From Minisyncoccota bacterium (GTDB lineage: Bacteria > Patescibacteriota > Minisyncoccia > Phycocordibacterales > UBA1006), in assembly GCA_022763365.1 (NCBI GenBank), contig JALEGN010000017.1:96-64095 (forward strand): 64,000 nucleotides of DNA. The letters are read 5' to 3'. The notes beneath the pieces are model-generated. The model was not told the origin of the DNA. It made no database searches and was given only the letters and a program-made list of their open reading frames with translations. How positions within the stretch are numbered: the stretch's first letter is position 1; every line of letters starts with the position of its first letter. The translations under genes and the position numbers were made by a program. Positions 47,669 to 58,126 of the stretch are shown one piece after another.

Positions 47669-49462
47669 ATGGATTTATCTCATATTAGAAATTTCTCAAT
47701 TATTGCCCATATTGATCATGGGAAATCAACTTTGGCTGATCGCATGCTTGAGGTTACCAAAACCATTCCAGAGCGTAAAATGCGTGATCAAATGCTTGAT
47801 ACGATGGAGCTCGAACAAGAGCGTGGTATTACCATTAAAATGCAACCCGTACGCATGGAGCATGAGTTTGAGGGAAAGAAATATATTTTAAACCTTATTG
47901 ATACACCAGGTCATATCGATTTCTCATATGAAGTATCGCGTGCACTGAAGGCAGTAGAGGGTTCAATTTTATTGGTTGACGCAACCCAAGGTGTTCAAGC
48001 GCAAACCTTTACCACATTGGAAATGGCAAAAAAAGCTGGTCTCAAAATTATCCCAGCTCTTTCAAAGGTTGATTCACCTCTTGCACGCGTTGATGAGATT
48101 AAAGAAGAAGTCATGAACCTGTTGGATATTGATCCTGACGATATTTTGCTCGTATCAGGAAAAACAGGTGAGGGAGTTTCTGATTTGTTAGATACATTGA
48201 TTCAAGAAATTGAGCCACCCAAAGAAATAGTTCTCGATACCAAAAGCTCCCGAGGATTGGTATTTGATTTTGAATATTCAAATCATAAAGGAGTCATTAT
48301 TTACGTACGTTTAACTGACGGTGAAATTAAAAAAGGAGATCAAATGATATTTGGGACATCAAAGCGTAAATTCTTTGCTCTTGATGTCGGAGTTTTTAAA
48401 CCAGACGCTCAATCAACTGATACTTTAAAAGCAGGTGAGATTGGCTACGTCGTTACGGGTATTAAGGAGGCCAAGGTAGCGCAGGTAGGGGATACAGTAA
48501 CGTTGTTTAAAAACCAATTAGAAACCCTTCCGGGATATATGGAGCCAACACCAGTTGTGTGGGCATCGGTATACCCAGAATCTACTGATGATTTTGAGTT
48601 ATTAAAAACAGCACTAGGGAGACTGCAATTATCTGATTCGTCGTTATCTTTTGAGGAAGAAGTCTCAGGTACTTTAGGTCGAGGATTTCGCGTTGGTTGT
48701 CTTGGAATGCTCCACCTTGAAATTATTGGAGAGCGTCTCCGGCGTGAATTTGATCTTGATCTTATTATTACCTCACCATCGGTTACCTATGAGGTCATGA
48801 AGAAAAATGGTGATATGGTTACGGTCTATTCAGCAGCCTTATTTCCAGATCATGGTGATGTGGGCATGGTAGAGGAGCCGTGGGTGGAGATTAAAATTAT
48901 CACTCCTGGTGAATACCTTGGTGGGATTATGACCTTGTTGTACGAACATGAGGGGGAAACAGGTGATACGAAGACCTTCGGAGACGGACGAACACAGATT
49001 ATGGTTATGATGCCACTGAGAGAACTCATGAGGAATTTCTTCGATAATTTGAAATCAGTTTCCTCTGGATATGCTTCGATTTCATATGAAATTAAAGAAA
49101 TGCGAACGGCCGATGTAACGCGACTTGATGTGCTTGTTGCTGAAGAACCTGTTGCAGCCTTCGCGCGCATTGTTTCAACGAGAAGGGCAGATATTGAGGC
49201 TGATGAGACTGTTGAAAAGTTGTATAAGGCGCTGCCACGACAAATGTTTGTGGTTAAAATCCAAGCAAAGGTTCTCGGACGTATTGTTGCTTCGCGTCGT
49301 TTATCAGCTTTGAAAAAAGATGTTACTGCTAAACTTTATGGTGGAGATATCACGCGGAAAATGAAACTCCGAGAGAAACAAAAGAAAGGGAAAAAGAAAA
49401 TGGCAGCAATGGGGAAGGTTAATATTTCTCATGATGTGTTTCTTAAAATGATGAAAAAATAA
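47669..49462 (+). CDS. lepA: Elongation factor 4 (LepA).
   Basis: NFSIIAHIDHGKSTLADR and DTPGHIDF; ~600 aa. Confidence 0.85.
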   Translation: MDLSHIRNFSIIAHIDHGKSTLADRMLEVTKTIPERKMRDQMLDTMELEQERGITIKMQPVRMEHEFEGKKYILNLIDTPGHIDFSYEVSRALKAVEGSILLVDATQGVQAQTFTTLEMAKKAGLKIIPALSKVDSPLARVDEIKEEVMNLLDIDPDDILLVSGKTGEGVSDLLDTLIQEIEPPKEIVLDTKSSRGLVFDFEYSNHKGVIIYVRLTDGEIKKGDQMIFGTSKRKFFALDVGVFKPDAQSTDTLKAGEIGYVVTGIKEAKVAQVGDTVTLFKNQLETLPGYMEPTPVVWASVYPESTDDFELLKTALGRLQLSDSSLSFEEEVSGTLGRGFRVGCLGMLHLEIIGERLRREFDLDLIITSPSVTYEVMKKNGDMVTVYSAALFPDHGDVGMVEEPWVEIKIITPGEYLGGIMTLLYEHEGETGDTKTFGDGRTQIMVMMPLRELMRNFFDNLKSVSSGYASISYEIKEMRTADVTRLDVLVAEEPVAAFARIVSTRRADIEADETVEKLYKALPRQMFVVKIQAKVLGRIVASRRLSALKKDVTAKLYGGDITRKMKLREKQKKGKKKMAAMGKVNISHDVFLKMMKK

Positions 49463-49762
49463 TTATTTCCATAAAATTTTTAGATTATTTCGTTAAAATA
49501 AATATTCTCTCGGTCACAGTAGGTAACTACTGCTCCTTCATTCATATTTATTTTGCCTTATGATCCTGTAATTTTAAGAAAATAATAGTTAAATAAAAAA
49601 TAACCTTCTTATGGAGGTTATTTTTAAAATCCTGCACCCGCTCCAAATGAGTAGAGGAGGACCATACTGATTGAAACAAGGATACCAATAACAATCATAA
49701 AGTTCTTGGTTCGTTTCCGTCCTTTTTTGCTAAATAAATTCATAGTATACTAATAGTATATC

Positions 49763-50068
49763 ATGAAAGACTATAGGACAAGAAAACAACGTAAAAACCC
49801 TTTCTATCACTCTTGGGTCTTTTTGTTTGTGCTTGTTCTTGTTCTGGGTCTTTTTGTACGCTCTGCTTACGCCTCATTTTCAAAGAAACGCACCGCAGAC
49901 CTAGAACGTGAAAAATATCAAACACGCTTTGATGAATTAGTTGAGAAAAAAGAACTCCTTGAAGAAAAAATTGAACACCTTAAAACTGAACGAGGGATTG
50001 AAGAAGAGTTGCGTAAACGTTTTAATGTTACAAAAGAAGGAGAGAAAATAATCAAAATTATTGAATAA
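49763..50068 (+). CDS. FtsB/DivIC-like septum formation initiator.
   Basis: Single TM segment followed by a coiled coil. Confidence 0.45.
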   Translation: MKDYRTRKQRKNPFYHSWVFLFVLVLVLGLFVRSAYASFSKKRTADLEREKYQTRFDELVEKKELLEEKIEHLKTERGIEEELRKRFNVTKEGEKIIKIIE

Positions 50069-50149
50069 AATAGATCCTTGCAGGGTCTATTTTATTTTGA
50101 ATAGTTCTGTTATAGTTAAGGTATATTATTAGTGTAACGTATAAAAAAT

Positions 50150-50383
50150 ATGAAAGACGTAAAAATTTATTCAACACCAAGTTGTCACTTTTGCCACATG
50201 GCAAAAGATTTCTTCAATGAAGAAGGAATTAAGTATGAAGAATTTAATGTAGCTGAAGATGCTGATAAACGAGCAGAAATGATGGAAAAAACTGGTCAAA
50301 TGGGAGTTCCAGTAATTGAAGTTGGAGAAGAATTCGTTATTGGATTTAACGAAGCAAAGATTAAAGAGCTTTTAGAAGCTTAA
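50150..50383 (+). CDS. Glutaredoxin-family small redox protein (NrdH/YruB-like).
   Basis: CHFC active site; 77 aa. Confidence 0.65.
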   Translation: MKDVKIYSTPSCHFCHMAKDFFNEEGIKYEEFNVAEDADKRAEMMEKTGQMGVPVIEVGEEFVIGFNEAKIKELLEA

Positions 50384-50415
50384 ATAAAAAACACCATGAG
50401 GTGTTTTTTATTTTG

Positions 50416-50488
50416 TGTCCCCACCAGGAATCGAACCTGGATCTAGAACTTAGGAGGTTCTTGTTCTATCCGATTGAACTATAGGGAC
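50416..50488 (-). tRNA. tRNA-Arg, anticodon CCT.
   Basis: Hand-folded cloverleaf: acceptor GTCCCTA/TGGGGAC, D stem GTTC/GAAC, anticodon loop CTCCTAA and T arm CCAGG-TTCGATT-CCTGG. Confidence 0.8.
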
Positions 50489-50542
50489 AATGTTGCAATT
50501 ATAGTACGTGAATAAAAGAGCGCAAATACACTTTCTATATGA

Positions 50543-50899
50543 TTGCAGTCCAGAGTAGCTATGATATACTTATCCCACATGGACCAAGATCTTCGAAAAC
50601 TTATCGAGGAAAACCAATCTCTGTTACGCAAAAATCTAGAGATAGCACAGCGTAATGAGAAAAAAATCAAAAAAATTCAATCACATATTAGACGAACGAT
50701 GGTTGCAAAATATGTATATTGGATTATTGTTATTGGTGTTACTGCTTCGGCATTGTATTTTTCAAAGCCGTATATTAATCAGGCAGTAAACACCTATAAT
50801 GATTTTAAAGATACGGTTGAACGATCGTCTGAAATTATTAATGAACCAGGTTCATTATTCAAGGATGTTGATTTGATTCAACGTGTATTTGGTTCATAG
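50543..50899 (+). CDS. Hypothetical membrane protein.
   Basis: One TM helix (YVYWIIVIGVTASALYF). Confidence 0.3.
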   Translation: MQSRVAMIYLSHMDQDLRKLIEENQSLLRKNLEIAQRNEKKIKKIQSHIRRTMVAKYVYWIIVIGVTASALYFSKPYINQAVNTYNDFKDTVERSSEIINEPGSLFKDVDLIQRVFGS

Positions 50900-50909
50900 A
50901 ACCTAACAT

Positions 50910-50983
50910 GCTCAGGTAGCTCAGTTGGTTAGAGCACTTGTTTGAAGCACAAGGGGTCGGCAGTTCGAATCTGCCCCTGAGCA
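50910..50983 (+). tRNA. tRNA-Phe, anticodon GAA.
   Basis: Acceptor GCTCAGG/CCTGAGC, D arm GCTC…GAGC, anticodon loop TTGAAGC and T arm GGCAG-TTCGAAT-CTGCC. Confidence 0.85.
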
Positions 50984-51161
50984 CAAATTGTAATTACTAT
51001 AATATTTTCAAAAAAGCCTTATATCATAAGGCTTTTTATTAGTCTTTAATTTAGAGTTGTTCTTAATACAAGTACAGATTTGAACTTAAATAAATTAAGC
51101 AATAATATTTACAAATATCAATATTTATGATAATGTCTCATTAAATAAAAACTTAATAAAA

Positions 51162-52403
51162 ATGAGACATTTATACATCAACGATTTAAAAAATACTCTA
51201 GCAATATGGGAGTATGCAAATCTATTTGCAGAAGTCATTTACCAAAAAATGAACAAAAGTTTGGGAGCTAATATGCTTTCGTTATTAGGCGAAGAATATA
51301 AATCAACTCCTATGATAGGTTCAGAAATAGATGAAAATGGTTTTCTTGCAAGAGGTTTTAGGCATTACGAAAAGTTAAAACGTGATATTGAAGAAGATTA
51401 TCCGTTTAATCCTAATAATTTCATACCAAGAATACCAAAAGATTTAAGTTCAACTGTAGAAGAACGATATTCTTATGTTAGATCAAATCATTTACTTTCT
51501 ATTTATCGATTACCATTAATATTAGATGGTTGGTTGGAAACTAGAAAAGTATTTCTATTTGAAAATCTTCGGATGCTTCCCATAATTAGACCTAATAAAA
51601 AAAGCTATTTGGAATACCTTCCTTATGATAGTTTTATAATTAAGTTTAATGAGCCGTTTGATATTTTTGTGGAATTAAGTGATAGAGATTATTCTTTCCC
51701 AGTTTCTACAATTATGGTGAGTTCTGATGATAATTTTATTGATTTTATAATTATTCCATATAGCGTGGAGGGTTTATTGCCTGATAAGAATCAGATCAAG
51801 AAAATGAAAAAAATCATTAGAAACCCTAAAAAACCTTCTCCAAATTTACTGATGGAGCTGGCTGTATCTCAACAGACACCATGTGGCTTTGAATTTATGG
51901 GTTATTCAATTAATAGAAATAATCTCAAGATTCATAGTTATGAAGATGGAAAGTTTGTTGAAGAAGAGTATTTTGAAAAAGCTGAAGCTGTTTTTGAAGA
52001 TAATTCAACTTCCTTAATAACTACGGCAAAAGAAGTACTCTCAATTATTAATGGCGTTTGTAAATTAATTTCTGAAATTCCTGCTCAAGAGCATGTAGAT
52101 CAAATCAACGATAAGGCACAGTCTGAGGGACAAGATTCTTTTGAGGATTTTGAGTGGTATAAGGTTCCAATAACAGAAGTTAAATATTTAGATAATAATG
52201 GTAAATTTTTACAATATGAGTCTAAGTATATAGTTTCTACTGGATCTGGTTCTGAAAAAGCCTACCACAAGAGACGTGGGCATTGGAAAACGATTAAAAA
52301 AACCGGTAAAAGATATTGGGTGAATGCAACAGAAGTGAATCCACACAAAAAAGAAGATGGACCTTTAAAAGGTAGTGCAATTGAAATTATGTCTGAAAAA
52401 TGA
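51162..52403 (+). CDS. Hypothetical protein (413 aa) immediately downstream of tRNA-Phe.
   Basis: No recognisable domain. Terminators are present on both sides. Confidence 0.35.
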   Translation: MRHLYINDLKNTLAIWEYANLFAEVIYQKMNKSLGANMLSLLGEEYKSTPMIGSEIDENGFLARGFRHYEKLKRDIEEDYPFNPNNFIPRIPKDLSSTVEERYSYVRSNHLLSIYRLPLILDGWLETRKVFLFENLRMLPIIRPNKKSYLEYLPYDSFIIKFNEPFDIFVELSDRDYSFPVSTIMVSSDDNFIDFIIIPYSVEGLLPDKNQIKKMKKIIRNPKKPSPNLLMELAVSQQTPCGFEFMGYSINRNNLKIHSYEDGKFVEEEYFEKAEAVFEDNSTSLITTAKEVLSIINGVCKLISEIPAQEHVDQINDKAQSEGQDSFEDFEWYKVPITEVKYLDNNGKFLQYESKYIVSTGSGSEKAYHKRRGHWKTIKKTGKRYWVNATEVNPHKKEDGPLKGSAIEIMSEK

Positions 52404-52545
52404 TTTTCATAAAAAACAAAGAACCAATTTAACTTGGTTCTTTTTACATAAAATTTTATCGTACAATAAATTCCATCTGTAAAATAAACTCTCGTAATTT
52501 ACATAATTATTATTTTACGTATCATTAAATAAAAAATATAATTCA

Positions 52546-52926
52546 ATGATAATAAAAATAAATAAAAGCCAAGTATACTACTTTTCATTATTTCTTTTAT
52601 TTTTTGTTTTAGAAATTGTATTTGTATACATTAAAACGAATGAATTTATTCGTTCATATGTAAGTGATATTTTGGCAGTTATGTACGTCTATTTCTTTTT
52701 CAGATGCATACGCATCTCCGTCTTTATGTCATTTATTGTCACTGCGTTTATTGCTGTTTGTATTGAAACCATTCAATATTTAGCAATTTTTGAAACACAA
52801 GATAATTTCTTGAGTAAAATGATTATTGGTGGAACATTTGATAGTTACGATTTTGTAGCGTATACCGTGGGACTACTATGTGTACTAACAATTGAATATT
52901 TAACAAACAAAAAAGCCTTACTATAG
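52546..52926 (+). CDS. Small polytopic membrane protein.
   Basis: Hydrophobicity only. Confidence 0.3.
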   Translation: MIIKINKSQVYYFSLFLLFFVLEIVFVYIKTNEFIRSYVSDILAVMYVYFFFRCIRISVFMSFIVTAFIAVCIETIQYLAIFETQDNFLSKMIIGGTFDSYDFVAYTVGLLCVLTIEYLTNKKALL

Positions 52927-52931
52927 GCTTT

Positions 52932-53402
52932 TTATTTAATCTTAAGTCTGGCTTGTCGATCACGATCAACTAACGGTAACACAAGAGTTAAAAGTCCATG
53001 TGATTCATGCGCTTCGGCTAATTCAATATCAATTTCTTCTGGAAGGTTAATGGTTCGCTCAAACGATCCCCAAAACAGTTCTTCGTAATAATGTTCATCA
53101 ATACGTCCTTCTGGATCGTTTTTACGTGATCCTTCAATGGTAATTTGATCTCGGGTTAAAGTGATATCAATTTCTGACTTTTGGATTCCAGCCACCATAG
53201 TTTTAATAATAATAGCATTATTAACGCGGTACATATCAACTGAAAGTTCTCCAATTTCTTCTTCATACGCATCTTCTTCCTCTTCAAATTCTTCCTCTTC
53301 AGCCTCAAGATATTCTCCATCCATAGTATCAAATTCCTCTTCCTCAGAGTTGAATTTGATACTTCCTGTTAGTTTTTCAAAAAATGATTTTTTGTTTGTC
53401 AT
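52932..53402 (-). CDS. Hsp20/alpha-crystallin family small heat-shock protein with an acidic N-terminal extension.
   Basis: C-terminal alpha-crystallin domain pattern (…ITLTRDQITIEGSR … FERTINLPEEID … GLLTLVLP). Confidence 0.6.
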   Translation of the reverse strand: MTNKKSFFEKLTGSIKFNSEEEEFDTMDGEYLEAEEEEFEEEEDAYEEEIGELSVDMYRVNNAIIIKTMVAGIQKSEIDITLTRDQITIEGSRKNDPEGRIDEHYYEELFWGSFERTINLPEEIDIELAEAHESHGLLTLVLPLVDRDRQARLKIK

Positions 53403-53409
53403 AATATTT

Positions 53410-54102
53410 TTAGTGGGTTACACGACGGCAACGCTCGAACATTGCGATAATAAAGAGGGTAATAACCCACAGTATCGCAAGAGTTAGCAATCCGTCTATT
53501 TCTACATATTTAATTATAAAGTAGTTGAATAGCGTGTGCAATATAATTACAATACCAAGTCCTAAAATACCAAAGAGTATTTTAGTACTTTTCTTTTTAT
53601 AAAATACAAAACCAATAATCAATCCCAAGAGGGCGGCAAGAATACTGTGAAGGATGGTGGCACCCAAAAATCGTAATGTCCCTGTTTCAATAACGAATGA
53701 AATATCTTGTTGTAAACTTGGCTCGAGAAGGAAAAGGACATTTTCTGCCGCTGCAAAACCAATAGCGCCGGTAATCAAATAAATAGCGTAATCAATAGGT
53801 TCATCAAGGTAGGATGAATTAAAATCAATCAAGAAGACGACAGCAAATTTAGCTATTTCTTCAATCGTCGCAAAGAAAAGTATTTTTTCAGTTCCTACAA
53901 GCCCAAATGATTTAGCAAATTGTTCAAAAGGTGTAATGAGAAAGACCACTAGTGCTCCAGCAATAAAGGTGAGGATAAGGAGACCACGAGGCTCAGGTTG
54001 AAATCGGTCTTCACGCAACCAAAAAAACAACCAAAGCAAGGCTGGCAGTATTCCCGATAAAAGGAGTGTCCAAACTACTTCGCTTGTTATAAGGTCGGCC
54101 AT
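53410..54102 (-). CDS. PrsW-family intramembrane metalloprotease.
   Basis: EEIAK (EExxK), FAAAEN and HSILAALLG motifs in a polytopic membrane protein. Confidence 0.6.
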   Translation of the reverse strand: MADLITSEVVWTLLLSGILPALLWLFFWLREDRFQPEPRGLLILTFIAGALVVFLITPFEQFAKSFGLVGTEKILFFATIEEIAKFAVVFLIDFNSSYLDEPIDYAIYLITGAIGFAAAENVLFLLEPSLQQDISFVIETGTLRFLGATILHSILAALLGLIIGFVFYKKKSTKILFGILGLGIVIILHTLFNYFIIKYVEIDGLLTLAILWVITLFIIAMFERCRRVTH

Positions 54103-56282
54103 GATACTGTCATCAGTATATCACGGTCATCATTGTTTTTGAGGTCTTTCCAGATTTCTTCAGTGATAAATGGCATAAAAGGATGAAGCATTGTTACAAT
54201 CATTTTTAATGAATGGAGTAAGAATTGTCTTCGAGAATGAATTTCTTCAGTGCTACCATTTTCAAATATTGTTTTCGATTCCTCTAGAATTTCTGAGGCA
54301 AAGGTATCCCAGGTGTAGTGATATAATTTTTCAGAAACAAGATAATATTTAAACTCGTTCATTTCCTTTGTGAGCTCTTGAAACAACTCTTCTTGCTCTT
54401 TAATGAGCTCTTGATCACGTAGTGAATATTCAAAATCTTTATCTAGATTAATGGATTCAGTTTCAGTCAATACAAACCGAGTAATGTTCCATAACTTGTT
54501 TCCAAATTTAGAATAGGCTTTGATTTTATTTTCATCAAGGTTTACGTCTCCACCAGGGCCATTACCCACAATCAATGCCATACGTAAGGCATCGGTTCCA
54601 TATTTTCCAATCAGATCAACAGGGTCAATAATATTACCCAATGATTTTGACATTTTTCGCCCCTTAGCATCTCGAACGAGTCCATGAAGGTAAACCGTTT
54701 CAAATGGAATATCTCCTAAAAGGTAAGTCGTCATCAAAATCATACGTGCTACCCAGAAAAAGATAATATCATGACCTGTTTCTAAAATATTGGTAGGGTG
54801 ATAGGTTTTAAAATCGTCAGATTCAGTATTTGGCCACCCTAGGGTTGAGAAGGTCCACAATCCTGATGAGAACCAAGTGTCTAAGGTATCTTCATCTTGC
54901 TTCCAATCATCACCTGAAGGAGCTTCAGTTCCTACAAATATGTCATCACCTTTGTACCAAACTGGGATTCTATGACCGTACCAAATTTGCCTTGAAATAT
55001 TCCAGTCACGTAGGTTTTCAATCCAATTAAAGTAGGTTTTTTCAAAACGTGATGGCAGGATATCAATTTGTTCATTTCGAACAACATGGAGCATTAATTC
55101 TTTGAGGCTTACCATTTGTCCTTTTTCAATATCCTCAATTTTTGAATCTTTGGCAGGGAATTTTTTATTCACATCAATCCACCATTGTAATTTTGGTAAT
55201 GGTTCAATAACAGCTCCGGTTCGTTCTGCAGTACCTACGCTTTGTATAGTATCTTCTTTTACCAAAAGAAGACCTTCAGATTTGAGCCATTCTACTACAG
55301 CTTCGCGTGCGGCAGCTACCTTAACATCCTTAACACCTTCCATACCTACGATCATTTTTCCATACTCGTTAATGACTTGTTTTAATGGCAGATTATGACG
55401 CTGTGCAATGTCCCAGTCAGCTACCGAATGAGCCGGCGTAACCCCAAGAGCACCAACACCAAATTCTGGATCAACGTGTTCGTCAGCAACAATTTTAACC
55501 GTCACGTCTTCGCCAGCAAAATTAAATGAATATTCATTTCCAATATATTCTTGATAACGTTTGTCTTCTGGATGAACTGCAACAGCCGTATCTCCTAATT
55601 TAGTTTCAGGACGAGTAGTTGCAATAGGGAAAGGGAAGTCGTGGGAGTATTTAAAGGTATACATAGTTCCTTTTCTATTCTCTCGTACAACTTCATCATC
55701 TGAAATAGTTGTTTGGCCTTTTGGGTCCCAGTTTACAATTCGTTCTTTCTGATAGATTAGCCCGTCATTATACATCTGTGTGAAGGCAGTATACACGGCA
55801 TGTTCTCGTTCTTTATCTAAGGTAAAAGCTTCTCGTGACCAGTCCAGGGATGCCCCCATTTTTTTACACTGAGAAACAATAGTGTCATGTGAATCCTGAG
55901 CAAAGGTATTTACACGTTCTAAAAATGCTTTGCGTCCAAGATCGTGTTTACGAATTTTTTCTTTCTGGAGGAGCTTTTCAACCTTTGACTGGGTTGCAAT
56001 GGCTGCATGATCAGTTCCAGGTAACCAGAGCGTACGTTTTCCGAGCATACGATGATAACGAACCATAATATCCTGGATAGCCAACATTGAGGCATGTCCG
56101 GTATGTAAAGTACCGGTTACATTCGGAGGAGGTAACACAATAGAAAAAGCTTCTGCATTAGGGTCAGTTAATCCAGCTTTAATCATTTCATCAGGATTAT
56201 AAAACCCAGATTCTTCCCAGATTTTTGAGATAGCATCTTCTACATTTTCTGCATTATATGGTTGTAAGTATTTTTCGTTCAT
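54087..56282 (-). CDS. valS: Valyl-tRNA synthetase, compact form (731 aa).
   Basis: PPPNVTGTLHTGHA (HIGH-class) and KMSKSLGN. Confidence 0.8.
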   Translation of the reverse strand: MNEKYLQPYNAENVEDAISKIWEESGFYNPDEMIKAGLTDPNAEAFSIVLPPPNVTGTLHTGHASMLAIQDIMVRYHRMLGKRTLWLPGTDHAAIATQSKVEKLLQKEKIRKHDLGRKAFLERVNTFAQDSHDTIVSQCKKMGASLDWSREAFTLDKEREHAVYTAFTQMYNDGLIYQKERIVNWDPKGQTTISDDEVVRENRKGTMYTFKYSHDFPFPIATTRPETKLGDTAVAVHPEDKRYQEYIGNEYSFNFAGEDVTVKIVADEHVDPEFGVGALGVTPAHSVADWDIAQRHNLPLKQVINEYGKMIVGMEGVKDVKVAAAREAVVEWLKSEGLLLVKEDTIQSVGTAERTGAVIEPLPKLQWWIDVNKKFPAKDSKIEDIEKGQMVSLKELMLHVVRNEQIDILPSRFEKTYFNWIENLRDWNISRQIWYGHRIPVWYKGDDIFVGTEAPSGDDWKQDEDTLDTWFSSGLWTFSTLGWPNTESDDFKTYHPTNILETGHDIIFFWVARMILMTTYLLGDIPFETVYLHGLVRDAKGRKMSKSLGNIIDPVDLIGKYGTDALRMALIVGNGPGGDVNLDENKIKAYSKFGNKLWNITRFVLTETESINLDKDFEYSLRDQELIKEQEELFQELTKEMNEFKYYLVSEKLYHYTWDTFASEILEESKTIFENGSTEEIHSRRQFLLHSLKMIVTMLHPFMPFITEEIWKDLKNNDDRDILMTVSWPTL

Positions 56283-56393
56283 GTAGTTGATAGTAGCATA
56301 TGCCCTATGTTTTTAAAGACAGATTATTTGTAAATTATTTTATATATGATTTAATTAAATTGAACAAACAATATACATCTAAAAAAAGTACGT

Positions 56394-56795
56394 ATGAAAA
56401 ATAAAGAAATTATTCTACGGCTTAAAAAAGAAATAATAAACAAGCCAAACGTCAAAAAATCTTTGATAGTTTTACAACATATGAAAGATGTCGAGGTCTT
56501 GCTTCGAGATTTATTTCAAAAAGTACCCCTTGAGTTTAAGGAGAGAATACAAGAGTATTTTTCTTTTATGCCGAATGCAGAACCAGGTAAGGTTCATGTT
56601 CTTTCAATGCTATTGGGTATAAAACTCTATGAGCATAGATTTGCTGGTAAAAAGATGAAAGATATGATTCCTCACTTGGAGACATTAAATCAGATCTTTA
56701 AGAATCTTATTAAATTCCAAGGAAACGGAAACCCTTTAATAGAAATTGAATATCTTTACCAAGAACGTCAAAATCAACTTTGGTATCTCGGATAA
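56394..56795 (+). CDS. Hypothetical protein.
   Basis: ORF only. Confidence 0.3.
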   Translation: MKNKEIILRLKKEIINKPNVKKSLIVLQHMKDVEVLLRDLFQKVPLEFKERIQEYFSFMPNAEPGKVHVLSMLLGIKLYEHRFAGKKMKDMIPHLETLNQIFKNLIKFQGNGNPLIEIEYLYQERQNQLWYLG

Positions 56796-56824
56796 TCCAA
56801 AACACTCACATATTATGAGTGTTT

Positions 56825-58012
56825 TTATAATTTCAAATTTCCTACTGCGGTGATATGTTTAACTTCAGAAATCGCTATATTATTATTTTTCCAGTAATTA
56901 ATAAACCCAGCTGTTGCAATCATGAGGGCATTATCACCACAGAGTTTTTTCTCAGGTAGGTACAGTGGTATGTCATATTCTGAACATAATGATCTAAAAC
57001 TTTCCGCGATAAAAATATTAGCTGAAACACCACCAGCAATAATTAAACCCTTAACATCAAATTCTTCAATAGCTTTTTGTGTTTTTTTAATTAGAACCTC
57101 AGTTACAGCATGTTCAAACTCACGTGAGATATCAGAGGTGTTTTGTTTATCTAAAGTTTTTTCTTTTTTCAAATCATCAATAAGGTACCGAGTAGCAGTT
57201 TTTAACCCTGAAAATGAAAATCGATAATCACCTGAATTAATCATTGGTCGCGGGAGATTAATTGATTCATTTTCTTTTCCGTTTAAAGCTGCTTTGGAAA
57301 CCTTAGGTCCACCAGGGTAGTCCATACCTAACATACGGGCAACCTTATCAAAGGCTTCGCCAACAGCATCATCAATAGTTTCTCCAATAATTTCATAATC
57401 ACCCCAATCACGGACCAAAACTAATTGCGTATGGCCTCCAGAAATTAACAGAGATAGTATTGGGAATTTAAAATCTTGAATATTTAATAATGCATCTTCT
57501 TGCTTTAGATAGTTTTCTTTAAGGAGAATAGATGCAATATGTCCTTCCATGTGGTTTACCGGGAGTACTGGGATGTTCCATATTCTAGCTAAGGCTTTAG
57601 CAAAATTAACACCAACCCATAGTGCTGGAGCAAGTCCTGGTCCGTGGGTTACCATAATCATATCAATACTAGGTTTTTTAATATTTTCTAAAAGTTCAAT
57701 GAAATGATTATAAAGTTCAGGCTCACGTTCAAGAATATGCTCAAATTCATTTTTATTTTCTAGAGTTTCAGTAGATTTGATATATAAGTCAGCATTTTTC
57801 AACGATTGCTCTAGTAGGGGAACAAGGTTTTTAGCATGTTCACGTTTTGCGAGTGCTGGAAATACACCCCCATACTCTTTATGGATATCAATTTGTGAAA
57901 TAACGACATCAGAAAGTACCTTGAAATTTGGACTTTGATGGTCAATATTTGAAGTTGAAATGATGGAAATCGCTGTTTCATCACAGCTTGTTTCAATGGC
58001 TAGAATATTCAT
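56825..58012 (-). CDS. tsaD: tRNA N6-threonylcarbamoyladenosine synthase TsaD (Kae1/YgjD family).
   Basis: MNILAIETSCDETAISI N-terminus and HMEGH metal motif. It is longer than usual (395 aa). Confidence 0.75.
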   Translation of the reverse strand: MNILAIETSCDETAISIISTSNIDHQSPNFKVLSDVVISQIDIHKEYGGVFPALAKREHAKNLVPLLEQSLKNADLYIKSTETLENKNEFEHILEREPELYNHFIELLENIKKPSIDMIMVTHGPGLAPALWVGVNFAKALARIWNIPVLPVNHMEGHIASILLKENYLKQEDALLNIQDFKFPILSLLISGGHTQLVLVRDWGDYEIIGETIDDAVGEAFDKVARMLGMDYPGGPKVSKAALNGKENESINLPRPMINSGDYRFSFSGLKTATRYLIDDLKKEKTLDKQNTSDISREFEHAVTEVLIKKTQKAIEEFDVKGLIIAGGVSANIFIAESFRSLCSEYDIPLYLPEKKLCGDNALMIATAGFINYWKNNNIAISEVKHITAVGNLKL

Positions 58013-58126
58013 ATCACGTACTATATCAGAAAAATCAAGAGGGTCATTACTTGTTTTTTAAATTATAAGTGTTTAAATATAAATAAGAACTCTTTTTTAT
58101 TCGTGTAATTTAAATATCTATTAATT

